From positions 1-31,058 of the forward strand of contig NEEC01000267.1 of assembly GCA_002189035.1 (NCBI GenBank): a DNA stretch of 31,058 bases. The letters run 5' to 3'. Of the stretch, positions 9,201-22,655 are shown in pieces. The stretch is from Utricularia gibba (lineage: Eukaryota > Plantae > Magnoliophyta). Each line of letters starts with the position of its first letter. The first letter of the stretch is position 1. The position numbers and the translations under genes are program-made. A model generated the notes under the pieces. That model did not search any database and was not told the origin of the DNA. It worked only from the letters and a program-made list of their open reading frames with translations.

Positions 9201-12200
9201 TTATTAACGTTGGTTTATTAGGCTGCCTACATGTTTCTCAAGGAAAAGCTTGTCGTTTTGGGCGGGTGATGTCGTTGTGAACTTCGTTCTGACCCAAGGT
9301 TCGGTCTGTCTCCTTTGCCAATCTGGTCCTACTCGACGAAAATCGTGATGCAGTTATTGAAGTTAGGATTTCATGAGCACCCAAAATGCTTTTGTCAATC
9401 GCATGCTTTGTAGTTGAGGAGGCGCTCTAGTGGGGCACGGTATCGGGCAAAAGGTCGAGTCGGGCTCGCTCCCAGAGTCATTTTTAGCCTGTCAAAAAAG
9501 TGATGCATTTATTAACGTTGGGTTTTAATAGGCTGCCTACATGGTTTCTCAAGGAAAAGCTTGTCGTTTCTGGGCGGGTGATGTCTTTTGGAACTTCGTT
9601 CTGACCATAGGTTCGGTCTGACTCCTTTGCCACATCGGGTCCTACTCGACGAAAATCGTGATGCAGTTATTGAAGTTAGGATTTCATGAGCACCCAAAAT
9701 GGTTTTCTCAACCGCATGCTTTATATTTGATAAGGCACTCTCGTGGGGCAACGGTATCGAGCAGGAGGTCGAGTCGAGCTCGGCCCAGAGTCATTTGTAG
9801 CCGGCAAAAAAATTGATGCATTTATTAACGTTGGTTTTTTAGGCTGCCTACATGTTTCTCAAGGAAAAGCTTGTCGTTTCTGGGCGGGTGATGTCTTTTG
9901 GAACTTCGTTCTGACCATAGGTTCGGTCTGACTCCTTTGCCACATCGGGTCCTACTCGACGAAAATCGTGATGCAGTTATTGAAGTTAGGATTTCATGAG
10001 CACCCAAAATGGTTTTCTCAACCGCATGCTTTATATTTGATAAGGTGCTCTCGTGGGGCAACGGTATCGAGTAGGAGGTCGAGTCGAGCTCGGGCCCATA
10101 GTCATTTGTAGCTCGGCAAAAAACTTGATGCATTTATTAACGGTTGGTTTTAATAGGCTGCCTCAATGGTTTTCTCAAGGAAAAGCTTGTCGTTTTTGGG
10201 CGGGTGATGTCGTTGTGAACTTCGTTCTGACCCAAGGTTCGGTCTGTCTCCTTTGCCAAATCTGGTCCTACTCGACGAAAATCGTGATGCAGTTATTGAA
10301 GTTAGGATTTCATGAGCACCCAAAATGCTTTTGTCAATCGCATGCTTTGTAGTTGAGGAGGCGCTCTAGTGGGGCACGGTATCGGCAAAAGGTCGAGTCG
10401 GGCTCGCTCCCAGAGTCATTTTTAGCCTGTCAAAAAAATGATGCATTTATTAACGTTGGGTTTTAATAGGCTGCCTACATGGTTTCTCAAGGAAAAGCTT
10501 GTCGTTTCTGGGCGGGTGATGTCTTTTGGAACTTCGTTCTGACCATAGGTTCGGTCTGACTCCTTTGCCACATCGGGTCCTACTCGACGAAAATCGTGAT
10601 GCAGTTATTGAAGTTAGGATTTCATGAGCACCCAAAATGGTTTTCTCAACCGCATGCTTTATATTTGATAAGGCACTCTCGTGGGGCAACGGTATCGAGC
10701 AGGAGGTCGAGTCGAGCTCGGGCCCATAGTCATTTGTAGCCGGCAAAAAAAATTGATGCATTTATTAACGTTGGTTTTTATAGGCTGCCTACATGTTTCT
10801 CAAGGAAAAGCTTGTCGTTTTGGGCGGGTGATGTCGTTGTGAACTTCGTTCTGACCCAAGGTTCGGTCTGACTCCTTTGCCAATCTGGTCCTACTCGACG
10901 AAAATCGTGATGCAGTTATTGAAGTTAGGATTTCATGAGCACCAAAATGGTTTTCAACGCATGCTTTGTATTGAGGAGGCGCTCTCGTGGGGCACGGTAT
11001 CGGGCAAAAGGTCGAGTCGAGCTCGCCCAGAGTCATTTTTAGCCCGGCAAAAAATGATGCATTTATTAACGTTGGGTTTTAATAGGCTGCCTACATGGTT
11101 TCTCAAGGAAAAGCTTGTCGTTTCTGGGCGGGTGATGTCTTTTGGAACTTCGTTCTGACCATAGGTTCGGTCTGACTCCTTTGCCACATCGGGTCCTACT
11201 CGACGAAAATCGTGATGCAGTTATTGAAGTTAGGATTTCATGAGCACCCAAAATGGTTTTCTCAACCGCATGCTTTTATTTGATAAGGCCTCTCGTGGGG
11301 CAACGGTATCGAGCAGGAGGTCGAGTCGAGCTCGGGCCAGAGTCATTTGTAGCCCGGCAAAAAAATTGATGCATTTATTAACGTTGGTTTAATAGGCTGC
11401 CTACATGGTTTTCAAGGAAAAGCTTGTCGTTTTGGGCGGGTGATGTCGTTGGGAACTTCGTTCTGACCCAAGGTTCGGTCTGACTCCTTTGCCAATCGGT
11501 CCTACTCGACGAAAATCGTGATGCAGTTATTGAAGTTAGGATTTCATGAGCACCCAAAATGGTTTTCTCAACGCATGCTTTATATTGAGGAGGGCTCTCG
11601 TGGGGCACGGTATCGGCAAAAGGTCGAGTCGAGCTCGGGCCCAGTCATTTTTAGCCTGGCAAAAAAAGTGATGCATTTATTAACGTTGGTTTTAATAGGC
11701 TGCCTACATGGTTTCTCAAGGAAAAGCTTGTCGTTTCTGGGCGGGTGATGTCTTTTGGAACTTCGTTCTGACCATAGGTTCGGTCTGACTCCTTTGCCAA
11801 TCGGGTCCTACTCGACGAAAATCGTGATGCAGTTATTGAAGTTAGGATTTCATGAGCACCCAAAATGGTTTTCTCAACGCATGCTTTATATTTGATAAGG
11901 CACTCTCGTGGGGCAACGGTATCAGGAGGTCGAGTCGAGCTCGGCCCAGAGTCATTTGTAGCCCGGCAAAAAATTGATGCATTTATTAACGTTGGGTTTA
12001 TTAGGCTGCCTACATACTCAAGGAAAAGCTTGTCGTTTCTGGGGGGTGATGTCTTTTGGAACTTCGTTCTGACCATAGGTTTCGGTCTGACTCCTTTGCC
12101 AAATCGGGTCCTACTCGACGAAAATCGTGATGCAGTTATTGAAGTTAGGATTTCATGAGCACCCAAAATGGTTTTCTCAACCGCATGCTTTATATTTGAT

Positions 12201-14800
12201 AAGGCGCTCTCGTGGGGCAACGGTATCGAGTAGGAGGTCGAGTCGAGCTCGGGCCCATAGTCATTTGTAGCTCGGCAAAAAAATTGATGCATTTATTAAC
12301 GTTGGTTTTAATAGGCTGCCTAATGGTTTTCTCAAGGAAAAGCTTGTCGTTTTTGGGCGGTGATGTCGTTGTGAACTTCGTTCTGACCAAGGTTCGGTCT
12401 GTCTCCTTTGCCAATCGGTCCTACTCGACGAAAATCGTGATGCAGTTATTGAAGTTAGGATTTCATGAGCACCCAAAATGCTTTTGTCAATCGCATGCTT
12501 TGTAGTTGAGGAGGCGCTCTAGTGGGGCACGGTATCGGGCAAAAGGTCGAGTCGGGCTCGCTCCAGAGTCATTTTTAGCCTGTCAAAAAAAGTGATGCAT
12601 TTATTAACGTTGGGTTTTAATAGGCTGCCTACATGGTTTCTCAAGGAAAAGCTTGTCGTTTCTGGGCGGGTGATGTCTTTTGGAACTTCGTTCTGACCAT
12701 AGGTTCGGTCTGACTCCTTTGCCACATCGGGTCCTACTCGACGAAAATCGTGATGCAGTTATTGAAGTTAGGATTTCATGAGCACCCAAAATGGTTTTCT
12801 CAACCGCATGCTTTATATTTGATAAGGCTCTCGTGGGGCAACGGTATCGAGCAGGAGGTCGAGTCGAGCTCGGGCCCATAGTCATTTGTAGCTCGGCAAA
12901 AAATTGATGCATTTATTAACGTTGGTTTAATAGGCTGCCTACAATGGTTTCTCAAGGAAAAGCTTGTCGTTTTGGGCGGGTGATGTCGTTGTGAACTTCG
13001 TTCTGACCAAGGTTCGGTCTGTCTCCTTTGCCAATCTGGTCCTACTCGACGAAAATCGTGATGCAGTTATTGAAGTTAGGATTTCATGAGCACCAAAATG
13101 CTTTTGTCAATCGCATGCTTTGTAGTTGAGGAGGCGCTCTAGTGGGGCACGGTATCGGGCAAAAGGTCGAGTCGGGCTCGCTCCCAGAGTCATTTTTAGC
13201 CTGTCAAAAAAGTGATGCATTTATTAACGTTGGGTTTTAATAGGCTGCCTACATGGTTTCTCAAGGAAAAGCTTGTCGTTTCTGGGCGGGTGATGTCTTT
13301 TGGAACTTCGTTCTGACAAGGTTCGGTCTGACTCCTTTGCCACATCGGGTCCTACTCGACGAAAATCGTGATGCAGTTATTGAAGTTAGGATTTCATGAG
13401 CACCCAAAATGGTTTTCTCAACCGCATGCTTTATATTTGATAAGGCGCTCTCGTGGGGCAACGGTATCGAGCAGGAGGAGTCGAGCTCGCCCAGAGTCAT
13501 TTGTAGCCCGGCAAAAAATTGATGCCTTTATTAGGCTGCCTACATGTTTCTCAAGGAAAAGCTTGTCGTTTCTGGCGGGTGATGTCTTTTGGAACTTCGT
13601 TCTGACCATAGGTTCGGTCTGACTCCTTTGCCACATCGGTCCTACTCGACGAAAATCGTGATGCAGTTATTGAAGTTAGGATTTCATGAGCACCCAAAAT
13701 GGTTTTCTCAACCGCATGCTTTATATTTGATAAGGTGCTCTCGTGGGGCAACGGTATCGAGTAGGAGGTCGAGTCGAGCTCGGGCCATAGTCATTTGTAG
13801 CTCGGCAAAAAACTTGATGCATTTATTAACGTTGGTTTTAATAGGCTGCCTCAATGGTTTTCTCAAGGAAAAGCTTGTCGTTTTTGGGCGGGTGATGTCG
13901 TTGTGAACTTCGTTCTGACCCAAGGTTCGGTCTGTCTCCTTTGCCAAATCTGGTCCTACTCGACGAAAATCGTGATGCAGTTATTGAAGTTAGGATTTCA
14001 TGAGCACCAAAAATGCTTTTCAATCGCATGCTTTGTAGTTGAGGAGGCGCTCTAGTGGGGCACGGTATCGGGCAAAAGGTCGAGTCGGGCTCGCCCAGAG
14101 TCATTTTTAGCCTGTCAAAAAAAGTGATGCATTTATTAACGTTGGGTTTTAATAGGCTGCCTACATGGTTTCTCAAGGAAAAGCTTGTCGTTTCTGGGCG
14201 GGTGATGTCTTTTGGAACTTCGTTCTGACCATAGGTTCGGTCTGACTCCTTTGCCAATCGGTCCTACTCGACGAAAATCGTGATGCAGTTATTGAAGTTA
14301 GGATTTCATGAGCACCCAAAATGGTTTTCTCAACCGCATGCTTTATATTGATAAGGCCTCTCGTGGGGCAACGGTATCGAGCAGGAGGTCGAGTCGAGCT
14401 CGGCCCAGAGTCATTTGTAGCCCGGCAAAAAATTGATGCATTTATTAACGTTGGTTTTAGGCTGCCTACATGTTTCTCAAGGAAAAGCTTGTCGTTTCTG
14501 GGCGGGTGATGTCTTTTGGAACTTCGTTCGACCAAGGTTCGGTCTGACTCTTTGCCACATCGGGTCCTACTCGACGAAAATCGTGATGCAGTTATTGAAG
14601 TTAGGATTTCATGAGCACCCAAAATGGTTTTCTCAACCGCATGCTTTATATTTGATAAGGTGCTCTCGTGGGGCAACGGTATCGAGTAGGAGGTCGAGTC
14701 GAGCTCGGGCCCATAGTCATTTGTAGCTCGGCAAAAAACTTGATGCATTTATTAACGTTGGTTTTTTAATAGGCTGCCTCAATGGTTTCTCAAGGAAAAG

Positions 14801-14838
14801 CTTGTCGTTTTTGGGCGGGCTTGTCGTTTTTGGGCGGG
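14801..14838 (+). repeat. Private 19-bp tandem duplication (CTTGTCGTTTTTGGGCGGG x2) inside one A monomer
   Basis: Copies lie at 14801-14819 and 14820-14838. The host monomer (14565-14899) is 335 bp, against 316 bp for a normal A. Confidence 0.9.
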
Positions 14839-17800
14839 TGATGTCGTTGTGAACTTCGTTCTGACCCAAGGTTCGGTCTGTCTCCTTTGCCAAATCTGGT
14901 CCTACTCGACGAAAATCGTGATGCAGTTATTGAAGTTAGGATTTCATGAGCACCCAAAATGCTTTTTCAATCGCATGCTTTGTAGTTGAGGAGGCGCTCT
15001 AGTGGGGCACGGTATCGGGCAAAAGGTCGAGTCGGCTCGCTCCCAGAGTCATTTTAGCCTGTCAAAAAAAGTGATGCATTTATTAACGTTGGGTTTAATA
15101 GGCTGCCTACATGTTTCTCAAGGAAAAGCTTGTCGTTTCTGGGCGGGTGATGTCTTTTGGAACTTCGTTCTGACCATAGGTTCGGTCTGACTCCTTTGCC
15201 ACATCGGGTCCTACTCGACGAAAATCGTGATGCAGTTATTGAAGTTAGGATTTCATGAGCACCCAAAATGGTTTTCTCAACCGCATGCTTTATATTTGAT
15301 AAGGTGCTCTCGTGGGGCAACGGTATCGAGTAGGAGGTCGAGTCGAGCTCGGGCCCATAGTCATTTGTAGCTCGGCAAAAAACTTGATGCATTTATTAAC
15401 GGTTGGTTTTAATAGGCTGCCTCAATGGTTTTCTCAAGGAAAAGCTTGTCGTTTTTGGGCGGTGATGTCGTTGTGAACTTCGTTCTGACCCAAGGTTCGG
15501 TCTGTCTCCTTTGCCAAATCTGGTCCTACTCGACGAAAATCGTGATGCAGTTATTGAAGTTAGGATTTCATGAGCACCCAAAATGCTTTTGTCAATCGCA
15601 TGCTTTGTAGTTGAGGAGGCGCTCTAGTGGGGCACGGTATCGGGCAAAAGGTCGAGTCGGCTCGCTCCCAGAGTCATTTTTAGCCTGTCAAAAAAAGTGA
15701 TGCATTTATTAACGTTGGGTTTTAATAGGCTGCCTACATGGTTTCTCAAGGAAAAGCTTGTCGTTTCTGGGCGGTGATGTCTTTTGGAACTTCGTTCTGA
15801 CCATAGGTTCGGTCTGACTCCTTGCCACATCGGGTCCTACTCGACGAAAATCGTGATGCAGTTATTGAAGTTAGGATTTCATGAGCACCAAAATGGTTTT
15901 CTCAACCGCATGCTTTATATTTGATAAGGCACTCTCGTGGGGCAACGGTATCGAGCAGGAGGTCGAGTCGAGCTCGGCCCAGAGTCATTTGTAGCCCGGC
16001 AAAAAAATTGATGCATTTATTAACGTTGGTTTTAATAGGCTGCCTACATAGTTTCTCAAGGAAAAGCTTGTCGTTTTGGGCGGTGATGTCTTTTGGAACT
16101 TCGTTCTGACCAAGGTTCGGTCTGACTCCTTTGCCAATCGGGTCCTACTCGACGAAAATCGTGATGCAGTTATTGAAGTTAGGATTTCATGAGCACCCAA
16201 AATGGTTTTCTCAACCGCATGCTTTATATTTGATAAGGCGCTCTCGTGGGGCAACGGTATCGGTAGGAGGTCGAGTCGAGCTCGGGCCCAGAGTCATTTG
16301 TAGCGGCAAAAAAAATTGATGCATTTATTAACGTTGGTTTTAATAGGCTGCCTACATGGTTTCTCAAGGAAAAGCTTGTCGTTTCTGGGCGGGTGATGTC
16401 TTGGAACTTCGTTCTGACCCAAGGTTCGGTCTGACTCCTTTGCCACATCGGGTCCTACTCGACGAAAATCGTGATGCAGTTATTGAAGTTAGGATTCATG
16501 AGCACCCAAAATGGTTTTCTCAACCGCATGCTTTATATTTGAGGCGCTCTCGTGGGGCAACGGTATCGAGCAGGAGGTCGAGTCGAGCTCGGGCCCAGAG
16601 TCATTTGTAGCCGGCAAAAAACTTGATGCATTTATTAACGTTGGTTTTAATAGGCTGCCTACATGTTTTCTCAAGGAAAAAGCTTGTCGTTTGGGCGGGT
16701 GATGTCGTTGGAACTTCGTTCTGACCCAAGGTTCGGTCTGACCTTTGCCAAATCGGTCCTACTCGACGAAAATCGTGATGCAGTTATTGAAGTTAGGATT
16801 TCATGAGCACCCAAAATGGTTTTCTCAACCGCATGCTTTATATTTGATAAGGTGCTCTCGTGGGGCAACGGTATCGAGTAGGAGGTCGAGTCGAGCTCGG
16901 GCCCATAGTCATTTGTAGCTCGGCAAAAAACTTGATGCATTTATTAACGTTGGTTTTAATAGGCTGCCTCAATGGTTTCTCAAGGAAAAGCTTGTCGTTT
17001 TTGGGCGGTGATGTCGTTGTGAACTTCGTTCTGACCAAGGTTCGGTCTGTCTCCTTTGCCAAATCTGGTCCTACTCGACGAAAATCGTGATGCAGTTATT
17101 GAAGTTAGGATTTCATGAGCACCCAAAATGCTTTTGTCAACGCATGCTTTGTAGTTGAGGAGGCGCTCTAGTGGGGCACGGTATCGGGCAAAAGGTCGAG
17201 TCGGGCTCGCTCCAGAGTCATTTTTAGCCTGTCAAAAAAAGATGCATTTATTAACGTTGGGTTTTAATAGGCTGCCTACATGGTTTCTCAAGGAAAAGCT
17301 TGTCGTTTCTGGGCGGGTGATGTCTTTTGGAACTTCGTTCTGACCATAGGTTCGGTCTGACTCCTTTGCCACATCGGGTCCTACTCGACGAAAATCGTGA
17401 TGCAGTTATTGAAGTTAGGATTTCATGAGCACCCAAAATGGTTTTCTCAACCGCATGCTTTATATTTGATAAGGTGCTCTCGTGGGGCAACGGTATCGAG
17501 TAGGAGGTCGAGTCGAGCTCGGCCCATAGTCATTTGTAGCTCGGCAAAAAACTTGATGCATTTATTAACGTTGGTTTTAATAGGCTGCCTCAATGGTTTC
17601 TCAAGGAAAAGCTTGTCGTTTTTGGGCGGGTGATGTCGTTGTGAACTTCGTTCTGACCCAAGGTTCGGTCTGTCTCCTTTGCCAAATCTGGTCCTACTCG
17701 ACGAAAATCGTGATGCAGTTATTGAAGTTAGGATTTCATGAGCACCCAAAATGCTTTTCAACGCATGCTTTGTATTGAGGAGGCGCTCTAGTGGGGCACG

Positions 17801-20800
17801 GTATCGGCAAAAGGTCGAGTCGGGCTCGCCCAGAGTCATTTTTAGCCTGTCAAAAAAATGATGCATTTATTAACGTTGGTTTTAATAGGCTGCCTACATG
17901 GTTTCTCAAGGAAAAGCTTGTCGTTTCTGGGCGGGTGATGTCTTTTGGAACTTCGTTCTGACCATAGGTTCGGTCTGACTCCTTTGCCACATCGGTCCTA
18001 CTCGACGAAAATCGTGATGCAGTTATTGAGTTAGGATTCATGAGCACCCAAAATGGTTTTCTCAACCGCATGCTTTATATTTGATAAGGCACTCTCGTGG
18101 GGCAACGGTATCGAGCAGGAGGTCGAGTCGAGCTCGGCCCAGAGTCATTTGTAGCCCGGCAAAAAAATTGATGCATTTATTAACGTTGGCTTTTAGGCTG
18201 CCTACATAGTTTCTCAAGGAAAAGCTTGTCGTTTCTGGGCGGGTGATGTCTTTTGGAACTTCGTTCTGACCATAGGTTCGGTCTGACTCCTTTGCCACAT
18301 CGGGTCCTACTCGACGAAAATCGTGATGCAGTTATGAAGTTAGGATTTCATGAGCACCCAAAATGGTTTTCTCAACCGCATGCTTTATATTTGATAAGGT
18401 GCTCTCGTGGGGCAACGGTATCGAGTAGGAGGTCGAGTCGAGCTCGGGCCCATAGTCATTTGTAGCTCGGCAAAAAACTTGATGCATTTATTAACGGTTG
18501 GTTTTAATAGGCTGCCTCAATGGTTTTCTCAAGGAAAAGCTTGTCGTTTTTGGGCGGGTGATGTCGTTGTGAACTTCGTTCTGACCAAGGTTCGGTCTGT
18601 CTCCTTTGCCAAATCTGGTCCTACTCGACGAAAATCGTGATGCAGTTATTGAAGTTAGGATTTCATGAGCACCCAAAATGCTTTTGTCAATCGCATGCTT
18701 TGTAGTTGAGGAGGCGCTCTGGGGCACGGTATCGGGCAAAAGGTCGAGTCGGGCTCGCTCCCAGAGTCATTTTTAGCCTGTCAAAAAAAGTGATGCATTT
18801 ATTAACGTTGGGTTTTAATAGGCTGCCTACATGGTTTCTCAAGGAAAAGCTTGTCGTTTCTGGGCGGGTGATGTCTTTTGGAACTTCGTTCTGACCATAG
18901 GTTCGGTCTGACTCCTTTGCCACATCGGGTCCTACTCGACGAAAATCGTGATGCAGTTATTGAAGTTAGGATTTCATGAGCACCCAAAATGGTTTTCTCA
19001 ACCGCATGCTTTATATTTGATAAGGCTCTCGTGGGGCAACGGTATCGAGTAGGAGGTCGAGTCGAGCTCGGGCCATAGTCATTTGTAGCTCGGCAAAAAA
19101 CTTGATGCATTTATTAACGTTGGTTTTAATAGGCTGCCTCAATGGTTTTCTCAAGGAAAAGCTTGTCGTTTTTGGGCGGGTGATGTCGTTGTGAACTTCG
19201 TTCTGACCCAAGGTTCGGTCTGACTCCTTTGCCAAATCTGGTCCTACTCGACGAAAATCGTGATGCAGTTATTGAAGTTAGGATTTCATGAGCACCCAAA
19301 ATGGTTTTCTCAACCGCATGCTTTATATTTGATAAGGTGCTCTCGTGGGGCACGGTATCGAGTAGGAGGTCGAGTCGAGCTCGCCCATAGTCATTTGTAG
19401 CTCGGCAAAAAACTTGATGCATTTATTAACGTTGGTTTTAATAGCTGCCTCAATGGTTTTCTCAAGGAAAAGCTTGTCGTTTTTGGGCGGGTGATGTCGT
19501 TGGAACTTCGTTCTGACCCAAGGTTCGGTCTGTCTCCTTTGCCAATCTGGTCCTACTCGACGAAAATCGTGATGCAGTTATTGAAGTTAGGATTTCATGA
19601 GCACCCAAAATGCTTTTGTCAACGCATGCTTTGTATTGAGGAGGCGCTCTAGTGGGCACGGTATCGGGCAAAAGGTCGAGTCGGGCTCGCTCCCAGAGTC
19701 ATTTTAGCCGTCAAAAAAAGTGATGCATTTATTAACGTTGGGTTTTAATAGGCTGCCTACATGTTTTCTCAAGGAAAAGCTTGTCGTTTGGCGGGTGATG
19801 TCTTTTGGAACTTCGTTCTGACCATAGGTTCGGTCTGACTCCTTTGCCACATCGGGTCCTACTCGACGAAAATCGTGATGCAGTTATTGAAGTTAGGATT
19901 TCATGAGCACCCAAAATGGTTTTCTCAACCGCATGCTTTATATTTGATAAGGTGCTCTCGTGGGGCAACGGTATCGAGTAGGAGGTCGAGTCGAGCTCGG
20001 GCCCATAGTCATTTGTAGCTCGGCAAAAAACTTGATGCATTTATTAACGGTTGGTTTTAATAGGCTGCCTCAATGGTTTTCTCAAGGAAAAGCTTGTCGT
20101 TTTTGGGCGGGTGATGTCGTTGTGAACTTCGTTCTGACCCAAGGTTCGGTCTGTCTCCTTTGCCAAATCTGGTCCTACTCGACGAAAATCGTGATGCAGT
20201 TATTGAAGTTAGGATTTCATGAGCACCCAAAATGCTTTTTCAATCGCATGCTTTGTAGTTGAGGAGGCGCTCTAGTGGGGCACGGTATCGGCAAAAGGTC
20301 GAGTCGGGCTCGCTCCAGAGTCATTTTTAGCCTGTCAAAAAAAGTGATGCATTTATTAACGTTGGGTTTTAATAGGCTGCCTACATGGTTTCTCAAGGAA
20401 AAGCTTGTCGTTTCTGGGCGGGTGATGTCTTTTGGAACTTCGTTCTGACCATAGTTCGGTCTGACTCCTTTGCCACATCGGGTCCTACTCGACGAAAATC
20501 GTGATGCAGTTATTGAAGTTAGGATTCATGAGCACCCAAAATGGTTTTCTCAACCGCATGCTTTATATTTGATAAGGCACTCTCGTGGGCAACGGTATCG
20601 AGCAGGAGGTCGAGTCGAGCTCGGCCCAGAGTCATTTGTAGCCCGGCAAAAAAATTGATGCATTTATTAACGTTGGCTTTATTAGGCTGCCTACATAGTT
20701 TCTCAAGGAAAAGCTTGTCGTTTCTGGGCGGTGATGTCTTTTGGAACTTCGTTCTGACCATAGGTTCGGTCTGACTCCTTTGCCACATCGGGTCCTACTC

Positions 20801-22340
20801 GACGAAAATCGTGATGCAGTTATTGAAGTTAGGATTTCATGAGCACCCAAAATGGTTTTCTCAACCGCATGCTTTATATTTGATAAGGTGCTCTCGTGGG
20901 GCAACGGTATCGAGCAGGAGGTCGAGTCGAGCTCGGGCCCATAGTCATTTGTAGCTCGGCAAAAAACTTGATGCATTTATTAACGGTTGGTTTTAATAGG
21001 CTGCCTCATGTTTTCAAGGAAAAGCTTGTCGTTTTTGGGCGGGTGATCGTTGTGAACTTCGTTCTGACCCAAGGTTCGGTCTGTCTCCTTTGCCAAATCT
21101 GGTCCTACTCGACGAAAATCGTGATGCAGTTATTGAAGTTAGGATTTCATGAGCACCCAAAATGCTTTTGTCAATCGCATGCTTTGTAGTTGAGGAGGCG
21201 CTCTAGTGGGGCACGGTATCGGGCAAAAGGTCGAGTCGGGCTCGCTCCCAGAGTCATTTTTAGCCTGTCAAAAAAGTGATGCATTTATTAACGGGTTTTA
21301 ATAGGCTGCCTACATGGTTTCTCAAGGAAAAGCTTGTCGTTTCTGGGCGGTGATGTCTTTTGGAACTTCGTTCTGACCATAGGTTCGGTCTGACTCCTTT
21401 GCCACATCGGGTCCTACTCGACGAAAATCGTGATGCAGTTATTGAAGTTAGGATTTCATGAGCACCCAAAATGGTTTTCTCAACCGCATGCTTTATATTT
21501 GATAAGGCGCTCTCGTGGGGCAACGGTATCGAGTAGGAGGTCGAGTCGAGCTCGGGCCCATAGTCATTTGTAGCTCGGCAAAAAAATTGATGCATTTATT
21601 AACGTTGGTTTTAATAGGCTGCCTCAATGGTTTCTCAAGGAAAGCTTGTCGTTTGGGCGGGTGATGTCGTTGTGAACTTCGTTCTGACCAAGGTTCGGTC
21701 TGACTCCTTTGCCACATCGGTCCTACTCGACGAAAATCGTGATGCAGTTATTGAAGTTAGGATTTCATGAGCACCCAAAATGGTTTTCTCAACCGCATGC
21801 TTTATATTGATAAGGTGCTCTCGTGGGGCAACGGTATCGAGTAGGAGGTCGAGTCGAGCTCGGCCCATAGTCATTTGTAGCTCGGCAAAAAACTTGATGC
21901 ATTTATTAACGTTGGTTTTAATAGGCTGCCCAATGGTTTTCTCAAGGAAAAGCTTGTCGTTTTTGGGCGGGTGATGTCGTTGTGAACTTCGTTCTGACCA
22001 AGGTTCGGTCTGTCTCCTTTGCCAATCGGTCCTACTCGACGAAAATCGTGATGCAGTTATTGAAGTTAGGATTTCATGAGCACCCAAAATGCTTTTGTCA
22101 ACGCATGCTTTGTATTGAGGAGGCGCTCGTGGGGCAACGGTATCGGCAAAAGGTCGAGTCGGGCTCGCTCCCAGAGTCATTTTTAGCCTGTCAAAAAAAG
22201 TTGATGCATTTATTAACGTTGGGTTTTAATAGGCTGCCTACATGGTTTCTCAAGGAAAAGCTTGTCGTTTCTGGGCGGGTGATGTCTTTTGGAACTTCGT
22301 TCTGACCATAGGTTCGGTCTGACTCCTTTGCCACATCGGG

Positions 22341-22655
22341 TCCTACTCGACGAAAATCGTGATGCAGTTATTGAAGTTAGGATTTCATGAGCACCCAAAA
22401 TGGTTTTCTCAACCGCATGCTTTATATTTGATAAGGCACTCTCGTGGGGCAACGGTATCGAGCAGGAGGTCGAGTCGAGCTCGGTCCCAGAGTCATTTGT
22501 AGCCCGGCAAAAAAATTGATGCATTTATTAACGTTCGGCTTTATTAGGCTGCCTACATAGTTTTCTCAAGGAAAAGCTTGTCGTTTCTGGGCGGGTGATG
22601 TCTTTTGGAACTTCGTTCTGACCATAGTTCGGTCTGACTCCTTTGCCACATCGGG
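22341..22655 (+). repeat. Subfamily B monomer, exemplar (315 bp)
   Basis: A-like head with AAGGCACTCTCG and TCGAGCAGG. The middle reads CCCAGAGTCATTTGTAGCCCGG, with private words TTCGGCTTTATTAGG and CATAGTT, and the tail is C-like (GTCTTTTGGAAC, ACCATAG, TGACTCC, ACATCGGG). About 23 copies. Confidence 0.8.
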
